Origin: Eledone cirrhosa
Taxonomy: Eukaryota
Direction: 5' to 3'
NCBI GenBank assembly: GCA_964016885.1
Contig: OZ024742.1
Location: 52,638,001 to 52,702,000 of the forward strand
Length of the DNA stretch: 64,000 nucleotides
Below the pieces are notes generated by a model. That model had not been told where the DNA came from. It did not search any database and saw only the letters and a program-made list of their open reading frames with translations. Positions 15,254-26,531 of the stretch are shown here, in pieces (positions within the stretch are counted from its first letter, which is position 1; the number at the start of each line of letters is the position of its first letter). The position numbers were made by a program, and so were the translations under genes.

Positions 15254-17416
15254 CTAGTCTACCCCCCCCCCCGGGTCATTATGGGGTTTGAGGGCGAGGT
15301 AAGTCCTACGCAATCTATGTTTACATGCAGTAATCAGTTCATCTTTCTTGTTTAGGAGTTGGTCCGTCGAAAACAGCATTTGTAAAGTTTCCTCCGAGCA
15401 TAAATTGCACGGACGGCGTCCTCCCGTGTAAGAATTGGCTCTGGACAGTAATCTCCAAGTGAGATCATAGGTGATGTTATTGTCCTTGAGGTCCCATATG
15501 TGGCCCGAAAGTGTAGTGGCGTGACGCCGGGCCGAGTTTCGGAAGGTATGTCTATGTTGGTATAGCCGGGTCTTGAAGTCACATGCGGTAAGTCCTATAT
15601 AGGCTTTGTTGGAGGTATCCGTCCTCACGTTGCACTGGTAGATCACATTACGGTCTCTGCATCTATTGTCGAGTGGGCAAATAGATCTATCCGGGCAGTT
15701 ACACCTCCTGGTCGGTTCTCCACTGCTATTTAGGTTATTTCTGCCATCGGGGTTGAGTTTTTTGTTGTTAGAGGAGACGATGTTTTGTGCGAAGTTTGGT
15801 GTAGTGCTGTAAGAGAGTTTGATGGTATTTTTGTTAATTATGTTGTGGTAGCGGTGTTGTAATGGGAAGTGTTTTTCAATGAGCCTAAAGAATAGTTTCC
15901 CGATGGGAGTTGTCACCTCTGCGTTGTGGGGAGGATTGAACCATGTTACATTGTGTGAGCGTCGGTGCCTCCTGCTGGTTCCGCTAATGGGAGCTGGACA
16001 GTAGGATATTTCCTCCCGGAAACCACTCCGCTTGAGGGCCTGGTTGTAATAAGGCGCATGTTCATCGAATATCCGCTCATTAGCTGACAAACGGGATATG
16101 CGGAGGGAGATGTTTTTGACCAGGTTGTTTGTGATGTTCCTAGGATGGTTTGATCGGCGGTGGATGTAGTGCAGATTGTCATTAGGTTTCCTGTATGGGT
16201 AGTACAGGTCGTTTTCGAGGTCGAGGGTCACGTCCAGGAAGTTTACTCTGGTCAGGGACGTTTGTAGGGTTATTTTAAATCCCCAGTCGCGGAAGAATCT
16301 GATTAATTGTTTCCGGACCCGATCTGTACTACTGGGGTTGTACCCTTTAAGGGTAAGGAGCCCATCATCACGGTACAATCCACCACCGAATGCAGGAAAC
16401 ATATCAGTGAGTTTGGCTATTAGGAATAATCCTATAAGATCTGTGACCTCCGCCGAATCCGTGGCGCCCATGCTGACGTCGAAGGGTGAGTCGGGAGCTC
16501 TTTTTATCCATTTAGAGTCGTCAAAGAGTAAGACTGTCTTCCTGGCGTGGAGGATGATTTTTCTTTCCTGGTCGGTGATGGGCACAAGTGTTTCGGCGAA
16601 GTCCAAGGCGGCAGTAAGTAGCGGTAAGGTGATTGAAGCATAGTAGCTCTCTATGTCGAACTGTATGAATTTAGTTTCTCGTTTATCCTCCATATTGCTG
16701 AACCAGGAGATTACTTCCTGGGTGTTGATCCATAGGCTAAGTCGGGTGTGTTGCTTGACTTTTGGTATCACGCGGTCTAGGATTTTTTTGCTGATTCTCC
16801 CTATGTCGGACTTCGTTGGGTTAATAAGCCTGATAGAGGGTTTACGGTCAAAATCGGATTTATGGTCCTTCAGTGTGAAGTATGGTGTCCGTGGGTCTAG
16901 AGGTTCCGTGCGGTCGGCGACCCCGAGGCTGGAGGTGATTTGTTGTCCATCTCGATTTATGTCCTCGATGCAAGAGAGGTTGGCCTTTTTATAGGTGGAG
17001 TTTAGGCTGCTCCTGATCAGTGTGTGGTATCTGTCAGGGTTGACAAAGTATAGGTTCCCAGTTTTATCCGAATGCACCATGATGTCATTTGTGTTATCAT
17101 ACTCTGTTAGGTTGCTACGGAGTTTTTGTAGGAATCGGTTGTGTCTGGGTTTAAATTTAATGTTCTTGACCAGTTGGAAGAGGTCATTCTCGAAGGGTGC
17201 GAGCAAGGGGTTCAGGGTCGGAGATTTGTAGGTAATAAATCCGAATCTCTCCTTGGTGCCGAAGTCTTGGTTGTCGCAATATCTGTCATAGAAAAAAGTT
17301 ATCCATCTAAGTCTTTTCGCAAATAGATCGATTTTTTGCGTGAGCATCCGAAGGTAAAGTTTTTTCGGTGGGATTGGGATGTTCTTGGTAAAGAAGTCAA
17401 TGTTGTGTTTTCGCAT
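15254..17416 (-). CDS. PLE3 reverse transcriptase + C-terminal GIY-YIG endonuclease (720 aa from first ATG; YRDDG-type, Nematis-like assignment tentative)
   Basis: SDKTG, FDIESYY, MGATDSAEV, LYRDDG, FLDV, CNC....CPL...C, VIYQC...YIGLT; no stops. Confidence 0.9.
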   Translation of the reverse strand: MRKHNIDFFTKNIPIPPKKLYLRMLTQKIDLFAKRLRWITFFYDRYCDNQDFGTKERFGFITYKSPTLNPLLAPFENDLFQLVKNIKFKPRHNRFLQKLRSNLTEYDNTNDIMVHSDKTGNLYFVNPDRYHTLIRSSLNSTYKKANLSCIEDINRDGQQITSSLGVADRTEPLDPRTPYFTLKDHKSDFDRKPSIRLINPTKSDIGRISKKILDRVIPKVKQHTRLSLWINTQEVISWFSNMEDKRETKFIQFDIESYYASITLPLLTAALDFAETLVPITDQERKIILHARKTVLLFDDSKWIKRAPDSPFDVSMGATDSAEVTDLIGLFLIAKLTDMFPAFGGGLYRDDGLLTLKGYNPSSTDRVRKQLIRFFRDWGFKITLQTSLTRVNFLDVTLDLENDLYYPYRKPNDNLHYIHRRSNHPRNITNNLVKNISLRISRLSANERIFDEHAPYYNQALKRSGFREEISYCPAPISGTSRRHRRSHNVTWFNPPHNAEVTTPIGKLFFRLIEKHFPLQHRYHNIINKNTIKLSYSTTPNFAQNIVSSNNKKLNPDGRNNLNSSGEPTRRCNCPDRSICPLDNRCRDRNVIYQCNVRTDTSNKAYIGLTACDFKTRLYQHRHTFRNSARRHATTLSGHIWDLKDNNITYDLTWRLLSRANSYTGGRRPCNLCSEETLQMLFSTDQLLNKKDELITACKHRLRRTYLALKPHNDPGGGVD

Positions 17417-17601
17417 GGTGCGGGTGAAATGAATTGGGCTTAGCGGAAAAGTCTGGATACGGCGTGGTAGGGTCGGAAAGTGCTCTACTACGGGGGTAGG
17501 AGCTAGATAACGAAGGAAATGTGGTAAGGAACCAGGTGGACCATAACGCACCAAAGTACTCAATACTTGAGGTAGTAGAGTGGGTAATAGGAACCAGTAA
17601 G

Positions 17602-17695
17602 ACCCCGACAGCTGAGCTCAAGCCGTTTCGACGGCTAATTCTGGACTAAATGAAAATTTATCCTGGTATTTAAATAGCCGATCTTCTCAAGGGGT
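17602..17695 (-). ncRNA. Hammerhead ribozyme in PLE3 5' pLTR
   Basis: Reverse complement of the motif at 18722-18815. Confidence 0.8.
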
Positions 17696-18721
17696 AATTC
17701 CATATATGGTCAAAGTGATTGTCAAAAATCAGTAGTAATTCTGTGGTTGCAAATTAGTAGGGGAGATGGTGGCTAAACCTGCCAGTAGGAGAAAGAGGGG
17801 AGGGGGTGGAGTAGCCCCAATCAAGCGTTTGTAGTGCCAGCTACAGCTGGGCATGAGGTCAAAGAAGATACAGGGGAGGGGGAGGGGGGAGGGGGAGGAA
17901 GTCGGAACGGTAGGTAGAACAATGGGGGGTAGAAATAATACTGAGAGTGAAGAAAAGCAAATAAGTGTAAAGAAAAACAAATGAGTGTAAAGAAAAAAGT
18001 AAAGTAAATTAAATTCTACGACCTAGGTCTCTAGCTATTGTTAGTCTAGAAAAATAAATAAAGAAAGAAAGAAAGAAGTAAAGAAAGAAATAAAGAAATA
18101 ACGAAATAAGTAAAAGAACTAGGTGGGACGGATAAGGCGAGGACCCTTTTAAGAGGTATAAGTACGTAAATGATACGGTGACGGGTCAACAAAAGGGGCC
18201 AAAATACTAAAGAGACTACCACGAAATAAACAATAAAGGTTTCCATCCCGGGCACAATTCCAGCAACCACCCAGTGCAGCAAAGTGAACTAATACGAGAT
18301 AATAATTCTGAGTCCCGAGAACTTATTTCGTTATTTCTTTATTTCTTTCTTTACTTCTTTCTTTATTTATTTATTTTTTCTAGACTAACAATAGCTAGAG
18401 ACCTAGGTCGTAGAATTTAATTTACTTTACTTTTTTCTTTACACTCATTTGTTTTTCTTTACACTTATTTGCTTTTCTTCACTCTCAGTATTATTTCTAC
18501 CCCCCATTGTTCTACCTACCGTTCCGACTTCCTCCCCCCCCCCCTGTATCTTCTTTGACCTCATGCGCAGCTGTAGCTGGCACTACAAATGCTTGATTGG
18601 GGCTACTCCACCCCCTCCCCTCTTTCTCCTACTGGCAGGTTTAGCCACCATCTCCCCTACTAATTTGCAACCACAGAATTACTACTGATTTTTGACAATC
18701 ACTTTGACCATATATGGAATT

Positions 18722-18815
18722 ACCCCTTGAGAAGATCGGCTATCTAAATACCAGGATAAATTTTCATTTAGTCCAGAATTAGCCGTCGAAACGGCTTGAG
18801 CTCAGCTGTCGGGGT
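18722..18815 (+). ncRNA. Hammerhead ribozyme in PLE3 inverted pLTR (U3-A8 variant, extended stem II)
   Basis: acccc-TTGAGAA-ga(t)cggcta...tagccgtc-GAAA-cggct/tgagctc/agctg-TC-ggggt; GUC triplet. Confidence 0.8.
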
Positions 18816-18825
18816 CTTACTGGTT

Positions 18826-18869
<44 letters not shown>

Positions 18870-19070
18870 TATGTATACGTACATACATATATGTATACAG
18901 ACGTACAGTAGTATGTATATATATATATATACATGCACACATATATATATGCACGTATGGATTCACCAAACATATATTACAATGCCCGGTGTGTTTGTAA
19001 ACAAACATCCCGTATTCAGCCGCAGTGTCTAGCAACCACCGTTGCTCGTTTGTTCAACACTGACAAAAGA

Positions 19071-19113
19071 ACGCTGTACTAGTTTCAAGCTTGTTAGCTA
19101 TCGTCAGCAACGT
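19071..19113 (-). ncRNA. Minimal hammerhead ribozyme (array)
   Basis: Exact reverse complement of 19848-19890. Confidence 0.78.
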
Positions 19114-19847
19114 ATACCTTCCTGCCAGATAGTTGAACGTCCGAAAGTATATACTTTCCTTATGCATATTAACGGGTGAGTAGCCCAATTTGCACATCGA
19201 GAGGGTTAATCGGCCGAGTGCACCGAAAACGATAAACGGAAAAAAATGAAACGAAATTTCATTTCCCACTCTTAGTACGGCTGTTACTTAAATATAAGTA
19301 TGTATACGTACATACATATATGTATACAGACGTACCGTAGCATGTATATATATATACATACATGCACACATATATATATGTACGTATGGATTCACCGAAC
19401 ATTTATTATAATGCTCGGTGTGTCTGTAAACAAACATCCCGTATTAAGCCGCAGTGTCTAGCAACCACCGTTGCTCGTTTGTTCAACACTGACAAATAGG
19501 GGATGTTTGTTTACAAATACGGGATGTTTATTTACAAACACCGAGAATTATAATAAATGTTCGGTGAATCCATACGTACATATATATATGTGTGCATGTA
19601 TGTATATATATATATATACATACTACTGTACGTCTGTATACATATATGTATGTACGTATACATACTTATATTTAAATAACAGCCGTACTAAGAGTGGGAA
19701 TGAAATTTCGTTTCATTTTTTCCGTTTATCGTTTTCGGTGCACCCGGCCGATTAACCCACTGGGTGTACAAATTGGGCTACTCAGCCGTTAATATGCATA
19801 AGGAAAGTATATACTTTCGGACGTTCAACTATCTGGCAGGAAGGTAT

Positions 19848-19890
19848 ACGTTGCTGACGATAGCTAACAAGCTTGAAACTAGTACAGCGT
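19848..19890 (+). ncRNA. Minimal hammerhead ribozyme (array)
   Basis: acgttg-CTGACGA-t-agct/aaca/agct-t-GAAA-ctag-TA-cagcgt; palindromic stem III ACTAGT. Confidence 0.78.
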
Positions 19891-20275
19891 TCCTTTGTCA
19901 GTGTTGAACAAACGAGCAACGGTGGTTGCTAGACACTGCGGCTTAATACGGGATGTTTGTTTACAAACACACCGAGCATTATAATAAATGTTTGGTGAAT
20001 CCATACGTACATATATATATGTGTGCATGTATGTGTATATATATATATATTACTGTACGTCTGTATACATATATGTATGTACGTATACATACTTATATTT
20101 AAGTAACAGCCGTACTAAGAGTGGGAAATGAAATTTCGTTTCATTTTTTCCGTTTATCGTTTTCGGTGCAACCGGCCGATTAACCCCCTCGATGTGCAAA
20201 TTGGGCTACTCACCCGTTAATATGCATAAGGAAAGTATATACTTTCGGACGTTCAACTATCTGGCAGGAAGGTAT

Positions 20276-20318
20276 ACGTTGCTGACGATAGTTAACAAGC
20301 TTGAAACTCGTACAGCGT
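20276..20318 (+). ncRNA. Minimal hammerhead ribozyme (array), two substitutions
   Basis: Same motif with agtt in stem II and ctcg in stem III. Confidence 0.65.
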
Positions 20319-20766
20319 TCCTTTGTCAGTGTTGAACAAACGAGCAACGGTGGTTGCTAGACACTGCGGCTTAATACGGGATGTTTGTTTACAAACACAC
20401 CGAGCATTATAATAAATGTTTGGTGAATCCATACGTGCATATATATATGTGTGCATGTATGTATATATATATACATACTACTGTACGTCTGTATACATAT
20501 ATGTATGTACGTATACATACTTATATTTAAGTAACAGCCGTACTAAGAGTGGGAAATGAAATTTCGTTTCATTTTTTCTGTTTATATATAGATATATATA
20601 TCAGAAGCAAAGAAGGGAATTTCAATAATACGAAAGATTTCCTGGTGGAAGTTCAGGTGTACTCCGGGCTGGTATCCAGTTTCGGGGTGAAAATCCAATT
20701 ACAAAAATTCAACGAATTTTGTGAAGTCCACGTAAGCGTTGATATATATATGTATGTAAAGGGTAA

Positions 20767-21209
20767 CACAATCGGTACAATATATGGAAGGGATATATTA
20801 GGTTAACGCTTGATATAACAGGAAGAGGGTCTTAACGTTTCGGACGCTAGTCCTTCATCAGAAGTAAGAATGGGAAATAAGATAGATTGAGGGGACGGGC
20901 GGGTTATAATTGGAAAAAATGTCTTTAAATAAAAATAACAGGTCCATTTATGTTGACATCTCTTGGAAAACTGTTTATCCTGGTGTTTTGTGTATGATTT
21001 ATTTTTTAGAAAAGTGGATGATAGAGCGTGAAAATCTCTTACAATTAATACAGACCGACTAAATATGCTCTCTCCACTTTTCCCTTCACTGCTCTGTATA
21101 CACACATACACACCCTTATATTAACACACTTTTGCTCATAGCTTCGTACTTACTGCTCATACACACTTTTACTTACACATTTCTTCTAAGCTTTGTACGG
21201 ACGTATAAT

Positions 21210-21303
<94 letters not shown>

Positions 21304-21626
21304 CCTACGTACGTGCACAAGTATAGCTCTTTTTACAAAATGTTCTTTCGTCCATTTCAGGTAGATGCGCTCTATCATCCACTTTTCTAAAAAATAAATC
21401 ATACACAAAACACCAGGATAAACAGTTTTCCAAGAGATGTCAACATGAATGGACTTTTTATTTTTATTTAAAGACATTTTTTTCCAATTCCAACCCGCCA
21501 GTCCCTCAATCTATCTTATTTCTCATTCTTTCTTCTGGTGAAGGACTAGCGTCCGAAACTAAGACCCTCTTCCTGCTATATCAAGCGTTATCATTATATA
21601 TCCCTTCCATATATTGTACCGATTGT
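20767..21626. mobile_element. Head-to-head inverted pair of ~260-bp HHR-bearing pLTR-like repeats around a (CA)n spacer
   Basis: 20767-21028 is a diverged reverse complement of 21368-21626; third copy at ~36295-36490. Confidence 0.8.
20831..20864 (-). ncRNA. Minimal hammerhead ribozyme
   Basis: ctt-CTGATGA-a-ggac/tagc/gtcc-GAAA-cg-TT-aag; decayed copies at 21531-21564 and 36388-36423. Confidence 0.78.
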
Positions 21627-21717
21627 ATATATATATATATATAGTAATTATAATAAATTTGAAGACTAAAATCCAAAGAGGGCTCGATAAGGATAAATAT
21701 ATATCAAATATATAAGA

Positions 21718-21778
<61 letters not shown>

Positions 21779-21784
21779 AAAAGA

Positions 21785-21881
21785 GTGAGCCTGGCTCTTT
21801 TCCTACTACCCACTCTACTACCCTAAGTATCGAGTACTCTGGTGCGTTATGGTCCACCAGGTGTTTTACCACACATTCTTT

Positions 21882-21886
<5 letters not shown>
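21785..21886 (+). repeat. Fragment related to PLE3 pLTR (downstream of HHR)
   Basis: tacccactctactaccctaagtatcgagtactctggtgcgttatggtccacc matches the reverse complement of 17537-17586. Confidence 0.75.
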
Positions 21887-21940
<54 letters not shown>

Positions 21941-21975
21941 GAGAGAGAGAGAGAAAGAAGGAGAGAGAGAGAGAA

Positions 21976-22124
21976 ACCGACCCCAGTACTTTTTTATCAA
22001 CGCAGAATGGATGAAATGTAGAGTTGACTTCGGTGGCATTCAGATTCAGAGAGCAGAGAGCCGGAATGAATTCCACTAAATATTCTATCCGATATTCTAC
22101 CGTATCTGTCAATTCGCCGCCTTA
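21976..22124 (-). mobile_element. tRNA-derived SINE, degenerate
   Basis: Reverse complement similar to 33491-33701 (ggcggcgaattgacaga..., tttcatcc...gataaaa..gtactggggtcg). Confidence 0.6.
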
Positions 22125-22959
22125 TAGCCAATTTTAGGAAATTATAATTGAATATTTAGAATTTTACTCATTTAATGGTAAATCATGCCTTTGAAGAAAA
22201 AAGTCCAATCTCTATTAAAAAATAAACAAGTTAAAATAAACATTTTATATTTGTAATCAAAAATAAATTTTGATTCCTTTATAAATATCAATAATTTTAT
22301 TGATCAAATGCCATTTTTTTTCTCTTTTCTTTTGCTGTTGTTAATACTACTTTCTGTATGTACAATACATTTTATGAATGAAACACGCGGTAAATTTAAT
22401 CTACCTAGATTTGAGTTTGATTATCTATTTTGTTGTTCTTTTGTTTTTACTGTAGATTTATTTCGTAAAAATAATCTGGAATAATCTAGAATTGGGAAAT
22501 ATTGAAAAGGATCTTATAATGTTCATTTGTTTATATTTTTAATAGTTTTTTTTAGTTCTTTTTGCTTTTATCGGTTGTTTTTGTTGCAATTATATGTGGC
22601 TGTGTGAATAGTGGAAGAAATTGCGACAGTAAAGCAATGGATTAACTAAAGCACAAGGAACAGTTAGTTTTATCAACTTATGTCTTTAATTGTATGATTC
22701 CAATCCTAATACATCAGATGTTTGCAAGGTTTGTTGTTCTAACTTGCACAGTAATAATATTGTTCCTATGTAAGAACTTAGTATTCAACAGGCAGTAGTG
22801 TAAATACTGGTCATGGCTGTAAAGCTGTTTAACGTCCTGATAAGGACAAAACTCGAGCAGTAAGGCAATTCTAATTTCCCTTGTATTGCCAATGTCAAAT
22901 ATATATTTATACATTCTTTTTCTAATATTACATGAATTGAATTTGTACATTAATTGCTT

Positions 22960-23115
22960 TCTAATTTAGGCATATGGTCAGTATGTTTTGGGGGGAAAAG
23001 GTAAAGTTGATTAAATCAATCGCAGTATTTATCTGGTATTTTATTGTTATGGACTCCGGAAGTATAAACGGCAAAGTTGATTTTTGCGGGATTTGAACTC
23101 AGAACGTAAAGAGTC
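22960..23115 (-). mobile_element. tRNA-derived SINE, degenerate
   Basis: Reverse complement has ttctgagttcaaatcccgc (B-box-like) followed by the shared core. Confidence 0.6.
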
Positions 23116-24379
23116 AAAACATAATCATATACATGTTAATCTTTAATCAACTTTTTTCCTTTTATTTTGGAAATCCACCTAATTACGAACGAATAGGTGT
23201 CACCTGGGAAACACAAGAAGAAGAATGAACAAGTTAAAGAGATCTTATGAGATGCAGTTAAAATGATCAAATTTATTTTTGAAAACTCGCAAAACCTACT
23301 AAAGACTTACGTTATTCTATTTATCTGTGGTAATATGTTGCCTATTTCCGTTTGAGCATGCGCATGTTTAAACGCTACAGGAGGATGATTAAATGTAGGC
23401 TTGTGCCCGCACGTAGAAGCAAATGCATTGACTCATACAAACACATATGCACATATACACATGCAAACATTTTATTAGGTTTCTAGATACAGCTACAACC
23501 AACTGGATCCAGTTCCGGAGAGTTTCTATCTAACCAAGTTCTCTAATATGACGTAGGTTGACCCATGGCTAAAACTATGGTAGTCAGCATTTAGAAAGCT
23601 GACCACGCAATAGAAATTGAGGGGCGATCTCTTCTGATTGTGAATGTAACTTCCTAACTACTTAACAATGTATTCATTTAATATTATCGCAAATGCCGCA
23701 TACTGCTATGTTTAATAAAGATATTATCGTTTACCACCTACCCTTAATATATCTACATCATTAATTGGTACTAAAACAGTTGCTGCATACATCATGTTTT
23801 AAAGCTAACATAGAAAATGAGTATTTTAGTAGAGGAATTGCAGAAATACTCATTAGCAGCTATAAAAGCCATTCGTTACCAGGCAATCTGCATACATCTT
23901 CAGTAGACATTAATGTTGAATTGACGTTATTAAAAGATTACTTGGCTTCCAGATAATCTATCGGTATTTTGTTTCATTTAATAAAGAAGCAATAAAATAG
24001 CTAAAACTTTACTTGAATAATATTTCAGTTAAATAAAGTATTAAATTGGATTTTTATCCTTATATGACAACGTGTTTAATTATCACCATCCCCATCACCA
24101 CCAACTGCTATAACAACCACTAATATACATCCACTAGCTACAACTATACAGACTTCGTATCCACGATTATTATTCTTATGAGCAATATTCATAAATGATC
24201 GTCGATATCAAGATCATCATCATTGATCAGTATAACTAATTGTTGGATCAACGTAATGGTGTAGGCTATTCTAGTCTAATTATAACCCCTCTTAGATAGT
24301 TGATCTGGGATGTTGGAAACATACATTTAGATATGATGTAAAATCTCCCAGGGAGAATGTTCGTACATTTCTACACAAG

Positions 24380-24547
24380 GTCAGCAATTTAACGAAAGGG
24401 GTAATACGATTACATCGACCCCAGTAATTAATTGATACTTCATTTTCATCGACTTCAGAAAAATGAAAGACAAAATTAACCTCGTTGAGATAGAAACTAA
24501 AACATTAAAATGTTGAAACTAAATAACATGCTCTACCGATACTGCCA
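24380..24547 (-). mobile_element. tRNA-derived SINE, degenerate
   Basis: Reverse complement ggcagtatcggtagagcat...ctttcatt...gtcgatgaaa...tactggggtcgatgtaatcg. Confidence 0.55.
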
Positions 24548-24641
24548 TATATATGGCTAAACCATGTCTGGCATTAGGGTTAAATAAGAACTGAAATTAA
24601 GGACCTTATGGTGAGAGTAGCATATTTAATCGATATTGTTT

Positions 24642-25745
24642 CATCATCATCATCACCATCATCATCATCATCGTCATCCTCATCATCGTCGTCGTCGTCG
24701 TTTAACGTCCTATTTTCCCACTCTTTCATGGGTTAGATGGGTTGTTAAGTTATGGGAAAAGTTAGGGCAGGTGACCATATCTTGCTCATCCAGATCTGTA
24801 TTTTTCCTGACACACTGCCTCGCAATCCTGAGCACCTCAAGTCTTTGGTCCTCACATCACTAAATATGCTTTTGTTTCTGCTTCTCTCCTTTCAAAGTAT
24901 ACTTGTCTCTTAGCTTCTTGCCTAGCTTCTTGATAGTGCTCTACGCTTCACCCATTCTGCCATTCTTTCTATACTTGTGGCTTTGTTTTAATTCTTTCAT
25001 CCATCCTACTATTCCACCACCAAGTCATTCTCCTTCACTCAAAAGCCCTCATACAGCCAGAAATCTCGTTTGTGGCTTCAGCAGATTACCACTCGGGAAC
25101 TTTTACTGATCCTCTATATTTTAAGTATATTTCTTCTCCATTGTTGTCAAAAGCGTCAAGCAAGATAAGATTCTTCTCAATTTGTTGCTGGTTGAGGGCT
25201 CCTTTACCTTCCACATCTTTCTTCTCCAGGATGGCCATTCTCTACGAGTTCGCCAAATCCTAACTAAAGAGTTGCTAACTACTAGATTATGTTGGGATGT
25301 ACATTCCTTACCAGGGGAGGACTTTGTGTTTACAAGCATCACTCTATCTCGTTGTCTGGTGAGGATAAAATCTATTTGGCTAGTATATTCATCTGTTCTA
25401 TAGGTGATCAAGCGGTTGTCTGTTTCATTTTTAAGTTTGTGTTGCAGATAATTTGATCGTTGGCGTCGCCGATTTTCATGAGCCTGGACCCTTCCTCACT
25501 TCTTGCGCCAAACCCAAAGCCCCCGTGGACCCCGTAAAAATCATCGCAGTGTTGCTCCAGATACCATTAAAGTCGTATGTTATGATTAAATCTCCATCGT
25601 AACTTACTGGAGAAGTAGTCAGCATTAGCGATTCGTAAAAAACGTCTTTTAGTTCACCTGATAATCCTAAATGTGGTACACATGCAGATATAATAGTTAC
25701 AGTTGTTCTATCTAGGCCTATCCCGAGTTTAATGTTTATGTAATT
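24642..25745 (-). mobile_element. Decayed RTE-like LINE: APE endonuclease fragment and GGACGTTAAA-(CGA/TGA)n tail
   Basis: ITYR....SQIDFILTR...GKECTSQHNLVV; 3' end resembles that at 12961-12984. Confidence 0.7.
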
Positions 25746-26487
25746 TACTATATTTCTGCTAACAGAATACTAGTTCCACAGAGCTAGATAAAGAAATTTT
25801 GTCGCATCCGCTGCTTGATTGATCTTGAAATCTGTGTGGATAGTGAGCCTTAAAATGAGGAGAGCTGGACTACAATTTAGGAGGTTTTTCTAGAGGGAAA
25901 AATAAATTCTAGAAACAAAGGCTGAGAAAATGTGTTATAACAGTGACATGTACACAGGTACTTTATTTCGTTAGGTTATTCACCCAACTCATTCTACCTG
26001 CCATATAAATAAAGATGTCTTTCCCCATGAATATTTCAGAGAATGTAGGGTTGGTAATTCCGAATTTATCTATAGACAAATTCCTTGAATAATGGGAGTG
26101 AAAAGAGAGGTAACTATCCAAAGGAGAGAGGTAACTATCCAAAGGAGAGAGGAAACTTAGGTTACACAAGGCGCCCAAGAGTTAAGTTAAAAGTTCGAAG
26201 AAAATAAATTCAGCAAATCCGGTCTATGCCATACGCTACCGGAGCCTTGAGAAAGCAGCACCAAATTTCATTTTTGGACATATCAATTAATTGAAACAAG
26301 CTTTATTTCATCTTTACGTTTTTCTGGGTTTTTTCTGTTCAGATTCTAGCTGTCTGATGAAGTCATAACTGTTGCATATATATATATATGCAAATATATA
26401 TAACAGCGATTATGAATAAACTAAGTTAATTTTAACCTGTTGACTTGTACTTTATAATATACTCCGGAGTATATTATTAAACATGAA

Positions 26488-26531
<44 letters not shown>

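Larger units (their letters stand above)
13950..18829 (-). mobile_element. Penelope-like retroelement PLE3 with direct pLTRs and inverted 5' pLTR; young, apparently intact
   Basis: 13950-14753 is nearly identical to 17507-18321; 18321-18829 is an inverted partial copy; both outer ends in (TA)n; uninterrupted ORF. Confidence 0.95.
18863..20585. mobile_element. Retrozyme-like non-coding array: ~428-bp units, ~1.5 copies on minus then ~2.5 copies on plus
   Basis: Unit repeats at 18867/19296 (minus) and 19848/20276 (plus); inversion point ~19496; one HHR per full unit; (TA)n at both ends. Confidence 0.85.

Noticed and set aside
18863-20585. CRISPR-like or plain satellite interpretation of the array
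   Set aside because: No short repeat/unique spacer alternation; eukaryotic context; HHR per unit and inverted layout fit a retrozyme better
26354-26420. CTGATGA followed by a hairpin, a possible hammerhead
   Set aside because: No GAAA after stem II and no stem I/III partner; at best a decayed relic
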